A stretch of 64,000 nucleotides of DNA from an uncultured Planctomycetales bacterium (GTDB lineage: Bacteria > Omnitrophota > Gorgyraeia > Gygaellales > Profunditerraquicolaceae): the NCBI GenBank assembly GCA_964487475.1, contig CAZAPM010000002.1, positions 1 to 64,000 on the forward strand, in the 5' to 3' direction. The notes below the pieces were generated by a model. The model saw nothing but the letters and a program-made list of their open reading frames with translations. It had not been told where the DNA came from and made no database searches. How positions within the stretch are numbered: position 1 is the stretch's first letter; every line of letters begins with the position of its first letter. Of this stretch, positions 1-9,985 are shown one piece after another. The position numbers and the translations under genes are program-made.

Positions 1-55
1 AACTCCTGACCCCTTGCATGCCATGCAAGTGCTCTCCCAGCTGAGCTACAGCCCC
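1..55 (-). tRNA. tRNA-Ala(GGC), 3' end truncated by window edge
   Basis: Reverse complement GGGGCTGTAGCTCAGCTGGGAGAGCA-CTTGC-ATGGCAT-GCAAG-GGGTCAGGAGTT; anticodon GGC. Confidence 0.95.
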
Positions 56-108
56 AACTGCACTTATTTAGCGTGTCCCCGAAGGGGACAGCTGCGAAAT
101 TTTAAACC

Positions 109-149
109 TTGACCTTTGCTATTTTAGATTATAAAATACGATGCGTCAA
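109..149. promoter_or_regulatory. Overlapping divergent sigma70-type promoters for tRNA-Leu(CAA) and tRNA-Ala
   Basis: Plus: TTGACC(109-114)-17 bp-TAAAAT(132-137). Minus: TTGACG(149-144)-17 bp-TAAAAT(126-121). Confidence 0.7.
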
Positions 150-158
150 TCAATTTAT

Positions 159-241
159 GCCGAAGTGGTGGAATGGCATACACGTCGGTCTCAAAAACCG
201 ATGAGGGTAACCTCGTAAGGGTTCAACTCCCTTCTTCGGCA
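159..241 (+). tRNA. tRNA-Leu(CAA)
   Basis: GCCGAAG acceptor stem, anticodon arm TCGGT-CTCAAAA-ACCGA, long variable arm, T loop GGTTCAACTCC. Confidence 0.96.
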
Positions 242-286
242 TTTTTCCCTTCCGCCAGAAAATCAGGAACGTTCCACCCGTACAAC

Positions 287-318
287 AAAAGGCATCCCTT
301 TCCAGGGATGCCTTTTTT
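287..318. terminator. Bidirectional intrinsic terminator between convergent tRNA-Leu genes
   Basis: AAAAGGCATCCCT-TTCC-AGGGATGCCTTTTTT hairpin with A and T tracts. Confidence 0.85.
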
Positions 319-324
319 ATATAA

Positions 325-407
325 TGCGAAGGGAGGGAGTTGAACCCTCACAGCCTTGCGGCCAACAGCCCCTCAAACTGTCGCGTCTGCCATTCCGCCA
401 CCCTCGC
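325..407 (-). tRNA. tRNA-Leu(GAG)
   Basis: Reverse complement GCGAGGGTGGCGGAATGGCAGACGCG-ACAGT-TTGAGGG-GCTGT...GGTTCAACTCCCTCCCTTCGCA. Confidence 0.96.
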
Positions 408-484
408 GTGATCGATAACTCTTCAGGGGCCACTACCGGTAAGTAAAGATTATATCTTCAAAACGGGAAATTACAAGGATATTT

Positions 485-3400
485 CTATCCGCCCTGTCCA
501 GGAGATTCCCGCAGGATCGCAACCCGCTTTATCTCAGAGTGATACTTCCACAGGGTGTATACCGCGGGCAGGACCACCAGTGTCAGGATAGTCGATGAGA
601 TCAGGCCTCCGATCAGGGGAGCGGCGATACGCTTCATCACATCCGCGCCCGTGCCCGAAGAAAGCATTACCGGCATCAATCCGAAGATGTTGGCTCCCAC
701 GGTCATGAGCTTGGGCCGCAGCCGCTGCACCGCTCCCTCCATCACCGCGGCATAGAGGTCCTCCAGGGTGCGCATCCGTCCCTCCCGCTTCCTGCGGGCA
801 TACGCTTCATCAAGGTATACGATCATGATGGAGCCTGTCTCGGCAGCCACCCCGGCCAGCGCGATAAGACCCACCCATACCGCGATGCTCATATTGTACC
901 CGAGGAAGAAAAGATACCATATCCCGCCCACCAGGGCAAAGGGGACGGAAAGCATGACGATCAGGGTCTCGGTGACCGACCCGAAGGTAAAGAGGTACAG
1001 CATAAAAATGATGAACACGGTCAGCGGCACGAACACCTTCAGCCGGTTCCTGACCCGTTCCATATATTCGTACTGGCCGGACCAGGAAAGGGCGTAGCCG
1101 GTCGGCAGCTTCACTTCCTCGGCCACGGCCTTCTTCGCGTCCGCCACGTAGCGTCCCACGTCCCTTCCGGACATATCGACGTAGACATACCCGGAAAGCA
1201 GTCCGTTCTCGTTGCGTATCATCGCCGGACCCGAAGCGACCGTGATATCCGCGATCTGGGCCAAAGGTATGTGCTGGCCCTCCATGGTCGTGACCAATAC
1301 CCGCTGCAGGTCCTCGAGGTCATCCCGCAGCTCGCGGCCGTATCGCACGTTGATCGGATAACGCTCCCTTCCCTCGATGGTATACCCGACGTTCTCCCCG
1401 CCGATGGCGGACATGATCACTTCCTCTGCGTCGGCGACGCTCAATCCGTACCTGGCCAGCTGTTCCCGCTTCAGGGTGAAATCGACAAAGTACCCTCCGG
1501 CCACGCGCTCGGCGTAGACGCTGCGGGTGCCGGGGACCTTCTTGACGGCCTGCTCGACCTGCCGGCCGATCTCCTCGATCCGGGCCAGGTCCGCGCCGTA
1601 GATCTTTATCCCCACGGGAGTGCGCACCCCCGTAGTAAGCATATCGATGCGCCCCTTGATAGGCATGGTCCAGGCATTGGTGGTCCCCGGGATCTTAAGC
1701 GCCGCGTCCATCTCCGCGATCAGGGAATCCCAGGTCACGCCTTTGCGCCAATGCTTCTTATCCTTCAGTACCACGGTCGTCTCCATCATGGAGAAAGGCG
1801 CCGGATCAGTGGAAGAGCCGGCCCGTCCCGCTTTCCCGAACACCCGCTCCACCTCCGGGTATGATTTCAGCACCCGGTCCTGCGTCTGCAGCAGCTTTCC
1901 GGCCTCGGTCACGGAAAGCCCCGGGAGCGTAGTCGGCATATAAAGGATCGTCCCCTCATTAAGCGACGGCATGAATTCTGATCCTAAGCTCAAGAATACC
2001 GGAACAGTCGCGGCCACGCATACGAGCGATACGCCTACGACCCATCCGCGCCGCTTCACCGCCCAGCGGGCCACCGGATGGTAAAGCCGGATAAGAAAAC
2101 GGCTGATCGGATGATTATCCTCGGAGATGATCTTGCCGCGCACGAACACCATGATCAGCGCGGGAGTGAGCGTGATCGCCAGCAAAGCGGCAAAGAATAT
2201 GGAGTAGTTCTTGGTGAACGCGAGAGGTTTGAAAAGCCTGCCCTCCTGCGCCTCCAGGGTGAACACGGGCATAAATGCCACTGCCATCACCAGCAGGGAC
2301 GCGAATATGGGGGGCCCGACCTCCTTCATCGCCCCGATCATCACGCTTTCCCGCGTGCCCTGACGCAATCCCTGCTTCCACTCATCCAGCCGCTTGTGCA
2401 CGTTCTCCACGAACACGATCGAGGCATCCACCATATCGCCGATCGCCACCACGATCCCCCCCAAGGACATGATATTGGAAGTGATGTGCATCCAGCTCAT
2501 GGGAATGAAGGCGATGAGCACCGCGATGGGAAGCCCGATGATGGGAACCATCGCCGAAGGAAGGTGCAGCAGGAAGAAGATCAGCATGACGCTGACGATC
2601 GCCAGCTCCTGCACCAGGGTATCCCGGACCGTGCCGATGGATTCGCGGATCAACCCGGAGCGGTCGTACGTCGTCACCACCTTCACCCCCTCGGGGAAGG
2701 AGGGCTCGACCTCTTTGAGCTTTTTCTTGACCCGGTCGATCACCTGCAGCGCGTTCTCTTTATGCCGCATGACCACGATCCCGCCTACGACTTCCCCGGT
2801 TCCGTCGAGTTCGGCGATCCCGCGGCGGATATCCGGCCCCAGCACCACCTCCGCTACCTGGCCGACGGTCACCGGCACGTTTCCCGGCCCCATCCCTACG
2901 GACAACGCCTCGATATCCCGCTTATCCTTGACGTACCCCCGGCCCCGCACCATGTATTCGGCTCCGGAGAATTCCATCAGCCTGCCGCCGACCTCGTCAT
3001 TGCCCCGCCGTATGGCAGAGACCACTTTCATCAGCGGGATATTGAACGCGGCCAGGCGGTTGGGATCGACGATCACCTGGTACTGCCGCACATGCCCGCC
3101 CACCGTCGCCACTTCCGCCACCCCGGGCACGGACTGCAGGTAGTAGCGCAGATACCAGTCCTGGAAGGTGCGCAGATCCGCCAGGGAATGTTTCCCCGAT
3201 TCGTCCACCAACGCATACTGGAACACCCAGCCTACCCCGGTCGCGTCCGGGCCCAACTCGACTGACGCGCCCGCAGGCAGAGAAGGAATGATCTTGCTTA
3301 AGTATTCCAGGGTGCGGGACCGCGCCCAATAGATATCCGTGCCGTCCTCGAAAATGATATACACGTAAGAGAACCCGAAGTCCGAGAACCCCCGGATATC

Positions 3401-3646
3401 CTTGACCTTGGGCGCGCCCAACAAGGCCGAGACGATCGGGTAAGTAAGCTGGTCCTCTACGATATCCGGAGAACGGTCCCAGCGGGAATAGATGATGACC
3501 TGGGTGTCCGAAAGGTCGGGGATGGCGTCCAGCGGCACGCGGGTCATGGAATATGCGCCGGCCAGGGCCAGTGCCGCGACCAGCACGAAGACCACCAGCC
3601 GGTTCTTTGCGCAGTATTCTATGATCGCTTCAACGAATTTCGTCAT
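485..3646 (-). CDS. cusA: CusA/CzcA-family heavy-metal RND efflux permease (Cu/Ag type)
   Basis: 1053 aa; DAIPDLSDTQVII, GPDATGVGW, EFMPSLNEG and AVQRLRPKLMT motifs typical of CusA. Confidence 0.95.
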   Translation of the reverse strand: MTKFVEAIIEYCAKNRLVVFVLVAALALAGAYSMTRVPLDAIPDLSDTQVIIYSRWDRSPDIVEDQLTYPIVSALLGAPKVKDIRGFSDFGFSYVYIIFEDGTDIYWARSRTLEYLSKIIPSLPAGASVELGPDATGVGWVFQYALVDESGKHSLADLRTFQDWYLRYYLQSVPGVAEVATVGGHVRQYQVIVDPNRLAAFNIPLMKVVSAIRRGNDEVGGRLMEFSGAEYMVRGRGYVKDKRDIEALSVGMGPGNVPVTVGQVAEVVLGPDIRRGIAELDGTGEVVGGIVVMRHKENALQVIDRVKKKLKEVEPSFPEGVKVVTTYDRSGLIRESIGTVRDTLVQELAIVSVMLIFFLLHLPSAMVPIIGLPIAVLIAFIPMSWMHITSNIMSLGGIVVAIGDMVDASIVFVENVHKRLDEWKQGLRQGTRESVMIGAMKEVGPPIFASLLVMAVAFMPVFTLEAQEGRLFKPLAFTKNYSIFFAALLAITLTPALIMVFVRGKIISEDNHPISRFLIRLYHPVARWAVKRRGWVVGVSLVCVAATVPVFLSLGSEFMPSLNEGTILYMPTTLPGLSVTEAGKLLQTQDRVLKSYPEVERVFGKAGRAGSSTDPAPFSMMETTVVLKDKKHWRKGVTWDSLIAEMDAALKIPGTTNAWTMPIKGRIDMLTTGVRTPVGIKIYGADLARIEEIGRQVEQAVKKVPGTRSVYAERVAGGYFVDFTLKREQLARYGLSVADAEEVIMSAIGGENVGYTIEGRERYPINVRYGRELRDDLEDLQRVLVTTMEGQHIPLAQIADITVASGPAMIRNENGLLSGYVYVDMSGRDVGRYVADAKKAVAEEVKLPTGYALSWSGQYEYMERVRNRLKVFVPLTVFIIFMLYLFTFGSVTETLIVMLSVPFALVGGIWYLFFLGYNMSIAVWVGLIALAGVAAETGSIMIVYLDEAYARRKREGRMRTLEDLYAAVMEGAVQRLRPKLMTVGANIFGLMPVMLSSGTGADVMKRIAAPLIGGLISSTILTLVVLPAVYTLWKYHSEIKRVAILRESPGQGG

Positions 3647-3648
3647 CG

Positions 3649-4722
3649 TCAGTGCGCGTGCTCCCCGGAGATCGCGGACTGCAGCCGGGACTCGGAATCG
3701 ATGAGGAAATTACCCGAGGTCACCACGGTATCACCCTCCTGCAGCCCGTCCTTTACCTCATAATACCTTTCTGCCTTCGCTCCCAGCGTCACTTCACGGC
3801 TGGCAAAGTGCCCTGCCTCGTGCGCCACGACCACCATCGCCCGGGCGCCGGTCCTCATGACCGCCTCTTCGGATACCGCGAGCACCTTTCCCAGATCGAT
3901 CCGTATCCGCGCGTCAACGAACATCTGCGGTTTAAGCCCCGCGGCGTCTTCCACGAGCACCCTGGCCTTCAGGCCGCGAGTCATCTCTTCGACCACCGGC
4001 ACGATCCCCGCCACCTTGCCGTAGAAGATCTTTCCCGGAAGCGCTCCCGCGGTGATCTCCACCTCGGTGCCGGCAACGATCGGCGCGGACTCATATTCAT
4101 ATACGGTCAGGTACACCCATGCCCTTCCCCCCTCCGGCAGATACAAAGCCCTGTCTGCCGCACCGGCCAAAGCCAGCGCGGAGATCTCCGTCTCGGACAT
4201 GCCCAGGAGGACCAGCCGGCTCTTGACGGCATCGGCCAGGGAACGACTCTGTTCCCGCATGGCCTCGCTTGGCCCCGAGGACGCGGCATCAGCCAGGCGA
4301 AGCGCCTGCACATACTCCTCCTGCGCGGAGAAAAGGTCCCGGTCATACGCCACCACTCCGGAGGCACGGATGATCCTGGACAAAGGCCGCAGGGAAACCG
4401 TTTCTTTTTTCACTCCGGCGAGCTGCTGGCGTTCGGAGCTGATGGATACGCCGGACGACGATGCCGCCTCTTTCCGGGGATCCGATACCGGCGCCGCCTC
4501 TTTTTTCACCAGGTCCATCCCGCATATCGGACATGAACCCGGCTTATCCGAAGTGAAACTCGGATGCATAGGACAGTAATAGATGTCCTTTGCCGCATGT
4601 TCATGCTGATCCGCCGCCTGCAGCAGGGGAAGCTCTCCCCATCCTGCCGAAAGACTCAGCATCATCAACCCGGCGGCCGCAACCCGTAGTACCCTGTTTT
4701 TTTTCATACGCTGCCTCTTCAT
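3649..4722 (-). CDS. cusB: CusB-like periplasmic adaptor with heavy-metal-binding domain
   Basis: Signal peptide, YYCPMHP...CPICGMDL motif, C-terminal VVTSGNFLIDSES. Confidence 0.9.
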   Translation of the reverse strand: MKRQRMKKNRVLRVAAAGLMMLSLSAGWGELPLLQAADQHEHAAKDIYYCPMHPSFTSDKPGSCPICGMDLVKKEAAPVSDPRKEAASSSGVSISSERQQLAGVKKETVSLRPLSRIIRASGVVAYDRDLFSAQEEYVQALRLADAASSGPSEAMREQSRSLADAVKSRLVLLGMSETEISALALAGAADRALYLPEGGRAWVYLTVYEYESAPIVAGTEVEITAGALPGKIFYGKVAGIVPVVEEMTRGLKARVLVEDAAGLKPQMFVDARIRIDLGKVLAVSEEAVMRTGARAMVVVAHEAGHFASREVTLGAKAERYYEVKDGLQEGDTVVTSGNFLIDSESRLQSAISGEHAH

Positions 4723-6008
4723 TTAATGAGCGGGGTGCCGGTCAGGCGCTCTAAATCCGCAAGCGCCACATGAGCATCGGCCTCCGCCTCATACTGCTCC
4801 ATCTCCAGCTCCCGCACCATGCTCAGGGATTCCAAAAGGTCCTGGAACATCACCGTGCCCGCCTCATATCCCCTGCGGCCGGCCTCGAATTGCGCCCTGG
4901 CCTGCGGCACGAGGTTCGCGGCAAAAGAAACCGCCAGGTCCCGGGCCGCCGTGTATTCGGCGTACGCGCTGCGGGCCTCGAACACCGCCATATTCTCCGC
5001 CTCGCGGTACTGCGCCTCCATCTCCTTGAGCGCGGCACTCGTCTCCCGGACCATGGAGCGCTGCTTATCCCAGAACCATATCGGCACCGTCACCCCCACG
5101 GCTGCGGACCAGGCTCCGGATGCCGGACGGTTATCCCTCTCCAAACGGCTGTACTTGACCATGAAATCGGGAGCATACTCCTGCTTACTTAAGGTGTGCT
5201 CGATCTGGGCTTTGCGCACCAGGTCCTTCATGGAAAGGAGTTCGGCCCGGTTCTGCTTCGCCGCGTCGGCTACCGACGCTTCGCTCAGTTGCGTTTCCGA
5301 CGGGAGCGTCACCCGCTCCGCGGTAAAAACCGCATTGTCCTGCCTGCCCGAAAGGGAGCGCAGCCTGGCCTGGGCAATCTTCTCCTCCTTTTCCAGGAGC
5401 ACCCCCTCATTGGAAAGCTTGGCATACTCCAGCTGCACCCTCAAGGCATCCGCCTGCCCTCTCTGGTTCGATGCCACCTGTGCCTGCAGGGATTTGACCA
5501 TCTGCTGCAAAAGGTCGAGCTGCTGGGCGACCAGTGCGCGCTTCTTCTGCACCAGAAAAAGGGCGACGTAGCCGGATTTGACCTGCTGCACCACTTTACG
5601 CTCCGCCTCCTGGTACGCGCGCTCCCGCGCCGCCGCTTCCTGGCGGGCAGCCTCGCGGCGCAGCACGTACTTATAAGGAAAGGAGAATTCCTGCGAAACG
5701 GAGAAGGTGCGCATGGGCGCGGTCTTGCCCCGCATCAGCATGTCATTATCAACGAGGATCTTGTCGTATTCGTATTCTATCCAGGGATCGGGAAGGGTAA
5801 AGAGCAGCCTGGTCTTCGCTTTTGCCGCCTCCCAGCGGTAGCGGGCGACGGCGAGGGAGGGATTGTGCGCGAGGCTTTCGGAGATAAGAGAGGCGAGCGT
5901 GACGCCCTCCGGAGATGCCGGCGGGGATGACGGCGCAGATGTCTGCGCGTACGCCGGGAACGCCGCCAGCAGTATCACTACAAGGATCCGCAGCCTTGTC
6001 CGCAACAT
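4719..6008 (-). CDS. TolC-family outer membrane efflux protein
   Basis: Signal peptide, helical OEP-like repeats, ATGA overlap with cusB. Confidence 0.88.
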   Translation of the reverse strand: MLRTRLRILVVILLAAFPAYAQTSAPSSPPASPEGVTLASLISESLAHNPSLAVARYRWEAAKAKTRLLFTLPDPWIEYEYDKILVDNDMLMRGKTAPMRTFSVSQEFSFPYKYVLRREAARQEAAARERAYQEAERKVVQQVKSGYVALFLVQKKRALVAQQLDLLQQMVKSLQAQVASNQRGQADALRVQLEYAKLSNEGVLLEKEEKIAQARLRSLSGRQDNAVFTAERVTLPSETQLSEASVADAAKQNRAELLSMKDLVRKAQIEHTLSKQEYAPDFMVKYSRLERDNRPASGAWSAAVGVTVPIWFWDKQRSMVRETSAALKEMEAQYREAENMAVFEARSAYAEYTAARDLAVSFAANLVPQARAQFEAGRRGYEAGTVMFQDLLESLSMVRELEMEQYEAEADAHVALADLERLTGTPLIK

Positions 6009-6031
6009 CTTTGCTCCGATCTTACCGGGCC

Positions 6032-6307
6032 TTACGCCACAGTACGGAACTTCGAAAACAGGGAAACTATCTCTTCGACCTTTTTATCGGCACCCGCTCC
6101 GCGCAGGGAACCCGCGACACACCCCCGCACGTGCTTCTTGAATATCTCGTTTTCCACCCGGTAAAGCGCGCCGATCACGGAATGAAGCTGGGTGATGATA
6201 TCCACGCAGTATCTTTCCTTCTCGATCATGCGCTGAATACCCCGCACCTGCCCCTCGATCTTCTTCAGATACTCCAGCTGTTCCTGATGCGTAGTCTTCT
6301 GCTCCAT
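6032..6307 (-). CDS. csoR: CsoR/RcnR-family metal-sensing repressor
   Basis: KIEGQVRGIQRMIE..YC.D and HVRGC (Cys-His-Cys Cu(I) fingerprint); SD GAGGAG. Confidence 0.9.
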   Translation of the reverse strand: MEQKTTHQEQLEYLKKIEGQVRGIQRMIEKERYCVDIITQLHSVIGALYRVENEIFKKHVRGCVAGSLRGAGADKKVEEIVSLFSKFRTVA

Positions 6308-6326
6308 GGCCTCTCCTCTTTATTCG

Positions 6327-6356
6327 AGTATACCATACCCCCCTACCCCATGTCAA
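6327..6356 (-). promoter_or_regulatory. csoR-operon promoter with G-tract putative CsoR operator in the spacer
   Basis: TTGACA(6356-6351)-18 bp-TATACT(6332-6327), preceded by TG (extended -10); spacer contains GGGGTAGGGGGGTAT. Confidence 0.7.
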
Positions 6357-7080
6357 CAGGGATGATCCGCGGGGTACGCATCCAGCGCGCCCTCTCCTGA
6401 GGAGGAAAACGCTCGAGGCAGTACCGCAGGGAGGTACGGGGAAGCCGCGCGGCATGGAGAGAAAGGAACTCCTCGAGCCGCTTTTTATCGCGCTTTCCCA
6501 CTTCGCGCAGCATCCAGCCCACCGCCTTATGGATCAGGTCCTCTTTATCTTGGCACAGCTCCCGGGAGAGCGCGAGAGTATCGTCGAAATCACCCCGGCG
6601 GATGAAACAAAAAGTCGAGACGATCGAAATACGGCGCTCCCAGAGCGAGGAGGAACGGCAGAGGCGGTAAAGAAGACGCCGGGACCTCTCCCGCAGATGT
6701 TCGCCCACGAGGTGCGGGGCGCTGAGATCGACCAAGTCCCAGTTGTTGATAAAGCGCGTGTTATCCAAATAGAGGTCAAAAAGCTTGGTGCGATACCCGG
6801 GGCTTGCGCGAGGATACTGCAGGGTCATGATGATCAGGGCCAGCAGCCTTTCCTCGTGCCAGGGGCTGCGCAGCAACGCGCCGACCTGCTCCAGGGACGC
6901 ATCCCGGTTATCCTTCGCGACTTGGCGGATACTCGGCACCACCACCCCGAGGAACTTATCCCCTTCGGCATACTCCCCCGGAGCGGTCTTGAAGAACCGC
7001 TGCAGCACCCGTGCTTTTTGGGGATCGGCGCAGGAGCGCAGCTGCTTTTTCAACCCTGCCGGACCCTGCACGGCAGCCAT
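6343..7080 (-). CDS. AlkD-like DNA alkylation repair protein
   Basis: GEYAEGDKFLGV, INNWDLVD and DLIHKAVGWMLRE.GK motifs. Confidence 0.88.
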   Translation of the reverse strand: MAAVQGPAGLKKQLRSCADPQKARVLQRFFKTAPGEYAEGDKFLGVVVPSIRQVAKDNRDASLEQVGALLRSPWHEERLLALIIMTLQYPRASPGYRTKLFDLYLDNTRFINNWDLVDLSAPHLVGEHLRERSRRLLYRLCRSSSLWERRISIVSTFCFIRRGDFDDTLALSRELCQDKEDLIHKAVGWMLREVGKRDKKRLEEFLSLHAARLPRTSLRYCLERFPPQERARWMRTPRIIPVDMG

Positions 7081-7922
7081 CAGAAAATGACGGTCCTGGT
7101 CCCGTAACGCATCACCCGGCGCTCCAGATACTTCTCCACTGCCAGCGCCAGCGCGCGTTTCTCCAGGTTCCTTCCCTTGCGCACCATGTCCGGCACATGG
7201 TCGCGGTGCGATACCTGCTCGGTAAGCTGAACGATGATCGGCCCCTCGTCGAGCCGCTCGGTCACAAAATGCGCGGTCGCGCCGATCACTTTAACCCCGT
7301 GCGCGAAAGCCTGACGGTAAGGCGATGGCCCTTTGAACGCGGGAAGCAGCCCGTGGTGGATGTTGATGATATCCTTGCCGAACGCGGAGAGGAATTCGGG
7401 GGAAAGCACGAGCATGAACCTGGCCAGCACCAGGAAATCCGCCTGCGCTTTTGCCAGCGCCAGGAACTCCCCCTCGTTGCGCTGCGCGCGGGTCGCGGGG
7501 ATGTGGTGGAAGGGGATCCCGTATTGGCCGGCCAGCGCTTCATGGCCGGGATGATTGCCGGCGATAAAAGGGATCTGCGCCTTGAGCTCCCCCGCCTTCC
7601 AGAGATACAGAAGCTCGGAGAGGCAATGGTCGGAAGAGGAAAGGAATATCCCCATCCGCGGCCGCTCCTGGATGTCCCAGATCCCGAACTCCCCCTGAAA
7701 ATGTTCCGCGACCGGAGCAAAGGCCCCTCTCAGGGCCGCGGCACCCCCGGTATACCCTTCGCAGGAAAATTCGACCCGCATGAAAAAATCCCCGCCCGAA
7801 GGATCGGTGGTGTACTGATCGGCGGCCAGGATATTGCCTCCGCAGGAAAGGATGAATTCGGAGATGCGGGCGACGATCCCCTTTTGATCGCGGCACTGGA
7901 ACAGGAGTATAAAGGCAGGCAT
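7080..7922 (-). CDS. purU: Formyltetrahydrofolate deformylase
   Basis: N-terminal ACT domain (CRDQKGIVA), INIHHGLLPAFKG, GATAHFVT..LDEGPII; start trimmed to ATG 7922. Confidence 0.93.
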   Translation of the reverse strand: MPAFILLFQCRDQKGIVARISEFILSCGGNILAADQYTTDPSGGDFFMRVEFSCEGYTGGAAALRGAFAPVAEHFQGEFGIWDIQERPRMGIFLSSSDHCLSELLYLWKAGELKAQIPFIAGNHPGHEALAGQYGIPFHHIPATRAQRNEGEFLALAKAQADFLVLARFMLVLSPEFLSAFGKDIINIHHGLLPAFKGPSPYRQAFAHGVKVIGATAHFVTERLDEGPIIVQLTEQVSHRDHVPDMVRKGRNLEKRALALAVEKYLERRVMRYGTRTVIF

Positions 7923-7929
7923 AGCGTTA

Positions 7930-8289
7930 TTATACCTCCGAAGGAGGCGCGTCCGTATCATTATTTTCGACCGGCGTCACCACGAACACATACCGCAGCG
8001 GCGTACTGCCGGCATTCTGCAGGTCATGCGGGGTCTGCGGCGGGATATATACTGCGGCGGGAGCCTGGACCAGGGAGTGCTCCTTCCCATGGCACCACAC
8101 CCGGGCCACACCCTCCAGGAGGACCACCACCTCCTCCTTCCGGTCGGTCACATGCTCCCCCACGGATTCTCCCGGCTGCAGGGTGACGCACCCGGCCTTG
8201 ATCCCCATCGTCTGCGGCGCCCCGGGGATCAGGCGCTGATAACGGGAAGTCCCGGCGATCGGCACGCTGAAGACGCTGCGTTGCGGCAT
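7930..8289 (-). CDS. Cupin-domain protein
   Basis: PGESVGEH...EE..V.LEG and YIPP.TPH cupin motifs; AAGGAGG SD before ATG 8289. Confidence 0.85.
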   Translation of the reverse strand: MPQRSVFSVPIAGTSRYQRLIPGAPQTMGIKAGCVTLQPGESVGEHVTDRKEEVVVLLEGVARVWCHGKEHSLVQAPAAVYIPPQTPHDLQNAGSTPLRYVFVVTPVENNDTDAPPSEV

Positions 8290-8299
8290 GACCCCCTCC

Positions 8300-9952
8300 T
8301 TATTTGCTTTTCCCCAGCAGCACGATCGCCTGCGCCAGCGCCAGGGGCACATCCGTCAAAATATTATCGATGCCGATGCGCTCCACCACGCCCGCGCGTT
8401 CCAGCACCCGGAACACCCGCTTATTGACCCCGGCGAAGATCACCTGCGTGCCGTCCTTGCGGGCGCTGTCGAGCAGCCGCTCCAGGACGCTGACCGCCGT
8501 CGCATCCACGGCCGGGACCGCGCTCATGCGCAGGATCAACACCTGAGGAAGCTTCTTGAAGGAAGCGATGGTATCCTGGAACTTGTCCACGGCCCCAAAG
8601 AAGAAAGGCCCGTTGATCTCGAATATTTCCACTCCCTCGGGAACGCCCTCGTACTCTTGAGGCCGGTCCCCGGATTCATCGTCATCCACCAGACTGATAT
8701 GGGTAAGTCCGGCCATGCGGTGCATGAAAAGGAACGCCGCCATCACCACCCCCACCTCGATGGCCACGGTCAGGTCCACCAGCACGGTAAGCCCGAAGGT
8801 GATCAGCAGTACCGCCACGTCGCTGCGCGGGCTGCGCAAGAGCTTGACGAAATGCTTCCACTCGCTCATATGATACGCGACCGTGATCAATATCGCCGCC
8901 AGGGTGGCCATGGGGATCAGCCCGGCCCACTTCCCGCAGAAAAGGAATATCGCCAGGATGACGAACGCATGGATGATGCCGGCAACGGGCGTGCGGCCCC
9001 CGCTCTTGATGTTCGTCGCCGTGCGGGCGATCGCTCCGGTAGCCGGGATCCCGTTGAAGAAAGGGGTAAGGATGTTGGCGATCCCCTGGCCGACCAGCTC
9101 CATGTTGGAGCGGTGCCGGGTGCCCAGCATGCCGTCGGCCACGACCGCGGAGAGCAAAGACTCGATGCCTGCCAGAAGCGCGATGGTGAACGCCGGGGAA
9201 ACCAGGCTCATCGCCAGGCCCGCATCGAGGTGCGGCAGGCGGAACGCCGGAAATCCCGTCGGGATATCTCCGAAGCGGCTGCCGATAGTCTCCACCGGCA
9301 TGCGCAGCCAGTGCACCATGGCCGTAGTCACCACGATCGCCACGATCGTGCCCGGGACGCGCCGGGAGATCTTAGGCCAGGTCTGGATGATCGCCAGGGT
9401 CAAAAGCCCCAGCACCAGGGATAACGGGTTGCAGGTGGAGGCCGCCTGCAGGTACGCCTGCCATTTGGCCAGAAAATGCGACGGGACATGGGATAAAGAG
9501 AGCCCTAAGAAATCCGGCACCTGGGTGGAGAAGATCACCACCGCGATACCGCTGGTAAATCCCACGGTGACGGGATAAGGGATATACTTGATCACGTCCC
9601 CGAGCCGCATCAGCCCCATCACCACCAGCATCACCCCCGCCATCAGGGTGGCCACGGCCAGCCCTTCATAACCGTACCGCTGTACGATGGAGAAGATGAT
9701 AACGATGAATGCTCCGGTCGGCCCGCCGATCTGCACCCGGCTGCCGGAGAACACCGAGATGGCCAGCCCCGCGACGAACGCCGTGGCCAGACCCTGCTCC
9801 GGCCGGACGCCCGAGGCGATGGCGAAGGCGATGGAAAGGGGCAGCGCCACCACGCCGACGATCAGCCCAGCGAGGAGGTCTTTAAGGAACAGCTTCCCCC
9901 GGTATCCCTCCCGAAGGACAGTGAAAAGTTTCGGCTCAAATGTTTTTTTCAT
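8300..9952 (-). CDS. SulP/SLC26 anion permease with STAS domain
   Basis: GSRVQIGGPTGAF, ESLLSAVVADGM, PATGAIARTATN; C-terminal GPFFFG STAS domain. Confidence 0.93.
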   Translation of the reverse strand: MKKTFEPKLFTVLREGYRGKLFLKDLLAGLIVGVVALPLSIAFAIASGVRPEQGLATAFVAGLAISVFSGSRVQIGGPTGAFIVIIFSIVQRYGYEGLAVATLMAGVMLVVMGLMRLGDVIKYIPYPVTVGFTSGIAVVIFSTQVPDFLGLSLSHVPSHFLAKWQAYLQAASTCNPLSLVLGLLTLAIIQTWPKISRRVPGTIVAIVVTTAMVHWLRMPVETIGSRFGDIPTGFPAFRLPHLDAGLAMSLVSPAFTIALLAGIESLLSAVVADGMLGTRHRSNMELVGQGIANILTPFFNGIPATGAIARTATNIKSGGRTPVAGIIHAFVILAIFLFCGKWAGLIPMATLAAILITVAYHMSEWKHFVKLLRSPRSDVAVLLITFGLTVLVDLTVAIEVGVVMAAFLFMHRMAGLTHISLVDDDESGDRPQEYEGVPEGVEIFEINGPFFFGAVDKFQDTIASFKKLPQVLILRMSAVPAVDATAVSVLERLLDSARKDGTQVIFAGVNKRVFRVLERAGVVERIGIDNILTDVPLALAQAIVLLGKSK

Positions 9953-9985
9953 GGCAGCGATCGGACAGTATGATTGGCGGCGGGC

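Noticed and set aside
1..6307. Metal-efflux operon next to tRNA genes as a possible genomic island
   Set aside because: It abuts the 5' end of tRNA-Leu, not the 3' end; no integrase, att duplication or compositional shift seen
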